This document shows, in pieces, positions 59,133 through 64,000 of a stretch of 64,000 bases of DNA. A program made the translations under genes and the position numbers. Origin of the DNA: Candidatus Omnitrophota bacterium (GTDB taxonomy: Bacteria > Omnitrophota > Gorgyraeia > Gygaellales > Profunditerraquicolaceae); contig JAHIOW010000066.1 of assembly GCA_018895075.1 (NCBI GenBank), positions 913 to 64,912 on the forward strand, in the 5' to 3' direction. The notes beneath the pieces were generated by a model. That model did not search any database and had not been told where the DNA came from. It saw only the letters and a program-made list of their open reading frames with translations. How positions within the stretch are numbered: the stretch's first letter is position 1; the number at the start of each line of letters is the position of its first letter.

Positions 59133-59701
59133 GGGTATTTATTGCTATTGAATTATCTGAAAGAACCCAAGGTTTTTTAAACCGGCTTCAAGAACAGTTA
59201 AAAAACTCACAGGCAGAGGTTACTTGGGTCAAACCGCAAAATATTCATCTCACCTTACAATTTTTAGGTGAAATTGATGATAAAAAAGTATCTCAAGTTA
59301 TAGGGCTTCTGGATAATGTGGCTGCCGACAAGAATGCTTTTTATATCCGTTTATCCGGTATAGGCGCTTTTCCAAAGATAAGTTTTCCCCGCATTATCTG
59401 GGTAGGAATCGATAAGGGAGATATAGAAACTAAACAAATAGCTAAGGATTTAGAAGAAGACGCAGCTAAGATAGGTATCTTTAAAGAAAATAAACCGTTT
59501 TCTTCTCATATCACCATTGGGCGGGTACGGTCGGCTTTAAACCGTAATGCCTTAGTGAAGAACTTAGATAATCTAGTAAATAATTTTCTAAAAGACGCAC
59601 CGGAATCACCTGTTAACAAAATCACCCTCTTTAAAAGTACCCTCACCCCCAAAGGCCCTATCTATGAAGTCATAAAAGAAGCATACCTTAAGACAAACTG
59701 A
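59129..59701 (+). CDS. thpR: RNA 2',3'-cyclic phosphodiesterase (2H family)
   Basis: MRVFIAI, HLTL, HITIGR, S.L...GPIY. Confidence 0.93.
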   Translation: MRVFIAIELSERTQGFLNRLQEQLKNSQAEVTWVKPQNIHLTLQFLGEIDDKKVSQVIGLLDNVAADKNAFYIRLSGIGAFPKISFPRIIWVGIDKGDIETKQIAKDLEEDAAKIGIFKENKPFSSHITIGRVRSALNRNALVKNLDNLVNNFLKDAPESPVNKITLFKSTLTPKGPIYEVIKEAYLKTN

Positions 59702-60129
59702 AGGATAATATTGGTATATAATCCTGCTATGATATCATCGCCCATTATTCCCATGCTGCCCCTTATACCTTGAATCTTGTTTGCCGGATATGGCTTTAGC
59801 GCATCTAATATACGGAATAAACAGAAAGCAAGAATTACTACTTTTATGCCATAAGGTATAAATATAAGGCTTAAAAACATACCTGAGACCTCATCTATTA
59901 CAATGCATTTTGCATCTTTTTTGTTGAATATTCTCTCTGCCTGGCCAGCTACCAGAAATCCTATAACCATCAACGCTAAAGTAGATAGTATATATATAAA
60001 AATACTGCCTTTAACCAAGTAAAATAATAACACGCCCACTATACTGGCAGCCGTACCAGGTATCAAAGGTAGATAACCCACATAGAAAAATGTACTTAAG
60101 GTCTTGATGATAGGATTACGGATATTCAT
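59662..60129 (-). CDS. pgpA: Phosphatidylglycerophosphatase A
   Basis: PGTAAS, IVIDEVSG, FRILDALKPYP, MGDDIIAG. Confidence 0.92.
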   Translation of the reverse strand: MNIRNPIIKTLSTFFYVGYLPLIPGTAASIVGVLLFYLVKGSIFIYILSTLALMVIGFLVAGQAERIFNKKDAKCIVIDEVSGMFLSLIFIPYGIKVVILAFCLFRILDALKPYPANKIQGIRGSMGIMGDDIIAGLYTNIILQFVLRYASFMTS

Positions 60130-60141
60130 TGGGCTTTTAGA

Positions 60142-60720
60142 TTAAAACTTAGTAATTATCTTACGGTTTTCCCAAAGATAGGAGAGGCCTGAGTAAAGGG
60201 TAATTGCGACGGTAAGCAACATAAGCAAATATATGCCCTGACGGAATAACTTTTCTCCGGCAGGGTTCCAGGTAAAGAATGTTAACATCACTTCTTTTGA
60301 AACAATAAATCCCAATATCGAGAATATAACTACCATCTGAGATAGGGTCTTGTGTTTTCCTATCTTGCTTGCCGATAATACCTTGCCTTTATTAAGGGCA
60401 AACAATCTTAAAGAAGTGATTAATATTTCACGCGATATAATGATTACAAACATCCAGGCCTCAATTAATTGCATCTGCACAAAAGCTGCAAATGCCGCCA
60501 ATACCAAAATTTTATCTGCAATGGGATCCATAAGTTTTCCAAAATCAGTAACCATGTTTTTCTTATGTGCAATCCTGCCATCAAAAAAATCTGATAGGGC
60601 CGCGAATAAAAAAATCAAAAGGCTTGTAACCTTAGCCCAAAGCCCATGGCAGAATAAAAAGAACATAAACACAAAGGTAAGAATAATCCTCAGGATAGTT
60701 AACCGGTTAGCAATGTTCAT
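60142..60720 (-). CDS. pgsA: CDP-DAG-glycerol-3-phosphate phosphatidyltransferase
   Basis: NRLTILR, DFFDGRIA, FGKLMDPIADK. Confidence 0.95.
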   Translation of the reverse strand: MNIANRLTILRIILTFVFMFFLFCHGLWAKVTSLLIFLFAALSDFFDGRIAHKKNMVTDFGKLMDPIADKILVLAAFAAFVQMQLIEAWMFVIIISREILITSLRLFALNKGKVLSASKIGKHKTLSQMVVIFSILGFIVSKEVMLTFFTWNPAGEKLFRQGIYLLMLLTVAITLYSGLSYLWENRKIITKF

Positions 60721-61969
60721 TTAAGTAGACCTCCCCTACTAAATCGTATTCTAGGCTATCAGTAATCTTTACTTTTACAAAGTCACCCGGCCTTAATTCT
60801 TTTTTAGAATGCACATAAACCAGGCCATCAACTTCAGGGGCATCGTATTGGCTACGGCCTAAATAAAAACCTTCTTGCCGCTCGTCTATTAAGACATCGA
60901 TGACCCTGCCTAATAATTTTTTATTGAAATCTTGGGAAATTTTCTGCTGTTCTAGCATTAGGGTATTGAAACGCTCTGTCTTGATTTTGTGCATAATCTG
61001 CTTTCCAAAATTATAGGCAGGTGTGCCTTCTTCACGAGAATAGATAAAGGCGCCCAGCCTCTGGAACTTCACATCTTTGATAAATTCAAGTAATTCTCTG
61101 AATTCCCTATCTGTCTCGGAAGGGAATCCCAATATAAACGAAGTCCTGATTGCCAGATGAGGAATCTTTTTTTTAATCTTTTCAATGAGCATCAAGATAT
61201 CTTTCTTCCTCGTATGGCGGTGCATTAATCTCAATATACGGTCATTTATGTGCTGAAGAGGTAAATCAATATATTTGCAAATCTGAGGACAATCTTTAAT
61301 CAATTCTAACAATTCATCACTGAGACGGTTAGGATATAAATAAAGGAGCCTGATCCAGCCGATATTTTTGACTCTCTTAATTATATTGTTTAGAAGTTTA
61401 GGTAACATTTCGGTCTTATATAAATCCATACCGTATCCGGTAATATCTTGGCCCACGATATTTACTTCCGCAACTTTATCTCTATCAAACCCCTCTATTC
61501 TATCGAGTATGGAATCCATATCAAGACTAACAAATCCTGGCTTTATCTTAGGTATAATACAGTAACTACAATTATTTATGCAGCCTTCAGCAATCTTTAA
61601 GTATGTATAATGTTTAGGAGTTATAGAAAACCTCCTGGAGTCGTGATTCAAGGAAACCGTCCCTACGAAGACATCGACTTCGGGTAACGCCTTTGCCAGT
61701 TTGTCTTTATAACGCTGGGTGAGACACCCATAGGCAATTATCTTTTTAAGTTTGCCCCTCCTCTTTAAATCAATTAAATCTAATATGGCATCGATAGATT
61801 CTGCCTTTGCATCTTCTATAAAGGCACAGGTATTTACGATAGCGATATCCGCCTTATTCATATCTACAATACGATACCCTTTAAAAGCTAACCTGCCTAA
61901 AATACCTTCGGAATCAACTATATTCCTGGGGCAACCTAGACTCAATATTCCAATCTTGCATTTTCCCAT
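60707..61969 (-). CDS. rimO: Ribosomal protein S12 methylthiotransferase
   Basis: SLGCPRN.VDSE, NTCAFI, KIAEGCINNCSYC, DAPEVDG, TRAM domain. Confidence 0.92.
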   Translation of the reverse strand: MGKCKIGILSLGCPRNIVDSEGILGRLAFKGYRIVDMNKADIAIVNTCAFIEDAKAESIDAILDLIDLKRRGKLKKIIAYGCLTQRYKDKLAKALPEVDVFVGTVSLNHDSRRFSITPKHYTYLKIAEGCINNCSYCIIPKIKPGFVSLDMDSILDRIEGFDRDKVAEVNIVGQDITGYGMDLYKTEMLPKLLNNIIKRVKNIGWIRLLYLYPNRLSDELLELIKDCPQICKYIDLPLQHINDRILRLMHRHTRKKDILMLIEKIKKKIPHLAIRTSFILGFPSETDREFRELLEFIKDVKFQRLGAFIYSREEGTPAYNFGKQIMHKIKTERFNTLMLEQQKISQDFNKKLLGRVIDVLIDERQEGFYLGRSQYDAPEVDGLVYVHSKKELRPGDFVKVKITDSLEYDLVGEVYLNEHC

Positions 61970-62694
61970 TATCGCCCAATACTTATACCTTCCTTAGTAA
62001 TCAAGATGTTCTTAAGGACCTGACCCCTTCTGCCTAAATTGGAGATAAGTTTACCATTTACTTCTAGATCCACTACCCCGGCATTGCCTAAAGAAAGTTC
62101 TATCTTGCTTTCTGCCTCCCAATTCTCAAATCTACCCTTCTTTAAGACGCTTTGAAAGACAACCTTACCATCAGTCTTTAATTGTATCCAGCAATCTTCT
62201 TTAGCGCGTATGAGCAATCTAATAGCTGTAGGAATAGGCGTCTGGGGCAATTTGACTGACTGATCCGCCAATCCCGCCTTTTTAGATACTGGCCTGGACT
62301 TAGAAGAGATGTTTTTTCCCAAATTAAATAAGCCAATACTGGATATAAGTATTAAAACAACTACAAAAACTATCTTTTTTATATATATTAAGTTCGGGGG
62401 TGTTATTTTTAAAAGATTTGCCTTAAATAATGATGTAGATTCTTTTCTCTGGTATACAGGCCGCATACCTTGAGTTTCCCTGTAATCTGATATATAATCT
62501 CGGGGGTCTACGCCTAAGAATTTACAGTAAATTTTTAAGAATCCTTTTATATATATCGGGTTTAAGTTTAGGAAACTGTCTTCTTCTATGGCCTTCAAAA
62601 TATCTAAATGGATCCTTGTCTTTTTATGGACTTCTTCAAGAGGAATCCCTTTTTCTAAGCGTAATTTTTTAAGCCTTACTCCGGCTGATTCCAT
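61969..62694 (-). CDS. rodZ: RodZ-like protein (HTH, TM, DUF4115)
   Basis: HTH (KAIEE, YIKGFLKIYCKFLG), TM, EDCWI, LGNAG; between ftsK and rimO. Confidence 0.8.
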   Translation of the reverse strand: MESAGVRLKKLRLEKGIPLEEVHKKTRIHLDILKAIEEDSFLNLNPIYIKGFLKIYCKFLGVDPRDYISDYRETQGMRPVYQRKESTSLFKANLLKITPPNLIYIKKIVFVVVLILISSIGLFNLGKNISSKSRPVSKKAGLADQSVKLPQTPIPTAIRLLIRAKEDCWIQLKTDGKVVFQSVLKKGRFENWEAESKIELSLGNAGVVDLEVNGKLISNLGRRGQVLKNILITKEGISIGR

Positions 62695-62707
62695 ATGTCC
62701 AGCGAGC

Positions 62708-64000
62708 CTACCCTCCGCTCTCTTTTTGCATTATCTCTTGCTCAAGCCAGGCCTCTCTATCGACCAATATCTTGCGAGGCTTGCTCCCCTCAAAGGGCCC
62801 GATAAGGGTTTCCTGCTCCATCGTATCAATAATCCGGGCAGCGCGTGTATAACCGAGGCGTAAGCGCCTCTGGAGTATTGATACCGAGGCCTGATTGCTT
62901 TCCATAATAATCCTTACTGCTTCGTCATAGAGTTCATCTTTTTCTCCCTGCGCCAAAGCAGACTTAGATTGTTCTTTTAGGATTTCCTCATCATAGGATG
63001 GCTCTGCCTGAGACTTAATAAAATCTACTACCCTGGAGATTTCTTTATCGGTAACCAGTGAGCCTTGGGCCCGGATTAATTTTGACTCTCCCGGAAGCAA
63101 AAATAGCAAATCGCCTTTTCCTAAAAGTTTATCTGCGCCGTTGCTATCTAATACTGTACGTGAATCTACCTTAGAGGCAACCTTAAAAGATATGCGTGCA
63201 GGAAAATTCGCCTTGATCACTCCCGTGACCACATTTACTGAAGGCCTCTGGGTAGCTAAGATCAGATGAATGCCCACTGCGCGCGAGAGTTGCGCCAGGC
63301 GGGTGATAGCGTTTTCAATCTGGTCTCGGGCAACCACCATCAGGTCAGCGAGCTCATCAATAATCACTATAATATAGGGAATCTTTTCTTGTTTCCCGTT
63401 ATAGATCTCAATATTCCTTGTTCCTGCTTTTGCGAAAAGCCGATAACGCTCTTCCATCTCATTTACCACCCAATTAAGGGCAAGCGATGCCTTCTTGGCA
63501 TCTGTAACTACCGGGCACAAAAGATGCGGCAGCCCATTAAAGGGTGCTAACTCTACCATCTTAGGGTCAACCATTAAAAGTTTCAATTCATGAGGCGCCA
63601 ATCTAAAAAGCATAGATAAAATTAAGGAGTTAACGCATACAGTCTTGCCAGAACCGGTAGTTCCGGCAATTAACAGATGCGGCATATCGCCTAAATCTGT
63701 CACCACTGATTGACCGGCAATATCCTTGCCTATGGCCAGGCTCAATCCTGATTTTGCTTCCTGGAATTCTCTGGATGTAAGTATTTCCTTTAAATAAACA
63801 AAACTGCTTTGCGTATTGGGAACCTCTACACCCACCCTGCCCTTTCCCGGTATAGGAGCGACAATCCTCACCGACTGGGCTTTCATGGTCAGGGCAATAT
63901 CATCACTTAGGGCGACAATACGATTTAATTTCACTCCCGGCGCAGGCTCAAGTTCATAACGGGTAATTACCGGTCCGCGCTCTATATCCGTAACTTTAAC
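62708..64000 (-). CDS. ftsK: DNA translocase FtsK, 3' part (starts outside the window)
   Basis: PHLLIAGTTGSGK, VDPKMVEL, IDELADLM, ATQRPS, gamma domain LQRRLRLGYTRAAR. Confidence 0.97.
   Translation of the reverse strand, partial: VKVTDIERGPVITRYELEPAPGVKLNRIVALSDDIALTMKAQSVRIVAPIPGKGRVGVEVPNTQSSFVYLKEILTSREFQEAKSGLSLAIGKDIAGQSVVTDLGDMPHLLIAGTTGSGKTVCVNSLILSMLFRLAPHELKLLMVDPKMVELAPFNGLPHLLCPVVTDAKKASLALNWVVNEMEERYRLFAKAGTRNIEIYNGKQEKIPYIIVIIDELADLMVVARDQIENAITRLAQLSRAVGIHLILATQRPSVNVVTGVIKANFPARISFKVASKVDSRTVLDSNGADKLLGKGDLLFLLPGESKLIRAQGSLVTDKEISRVVDFIKSQAEPSYDEEILKEQSKSALAQGEKDELYDEAVRIIMESNQASVSILQRRLRLGYTRAARIIDTMEQETLIGPFEGSKPRKILVDREAWLEQEIMQKESGG

Overview
AT-rich bacterial chromosomal segment with almost all genes on the minus strand. 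Gene content and order suggest Candidatus Omnitrophota (PVC group); this is an inference. Reading along the minus strand: ftsK(partial)-rodZ-rimO-pgsA-pgpA, an inverted cinA/pncC-thpR pair, and an FMN-riboswitch riboflavin operon (ribBA-ribH-nusB-PHP phosphatase-ribD-ribE). Next come tRNA-Pro(CGG) and a ~3.5 kb accessory islet (MNT-HEPN toxin-antitoxin pair, an integron-type cassette, an HsdR_N nuclease, two decayed integrase tails). Then acyP-ligA-lipoprotein-MBL hydrolase-xerD-cca-rbfA-nrnA-ribF, a dcw cluster from mraZ to ftsA with no ftsZ, yggS-proC-mtnP-ileS-dksA-lspA-lgt-rluD, aroA, mreBCD-mrdA-rodA, a radical SAM gene, and a c-di-GMP-linked type IV pilus module (degenerate GGDEF, stand-alone MshEN, two PilB, HD-GYP, PilC). 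The most unusual signal is non-coding: about ten copies or remnants of a modular multi-hairpin element (termini TTAAATGAG ... CTCACTTA) sit at gene junctions, supply stop codons, abut start codons and carry interchangeable inner hairpins. One of these inner hairpins also lies inside the FMN aptamer. Heptamer arrays and small palindromes are inserted in frame into several housekeeping proteins. No CRISPR array, rRNA or intact transposase was seen. All calls were made by eye, without database searches.
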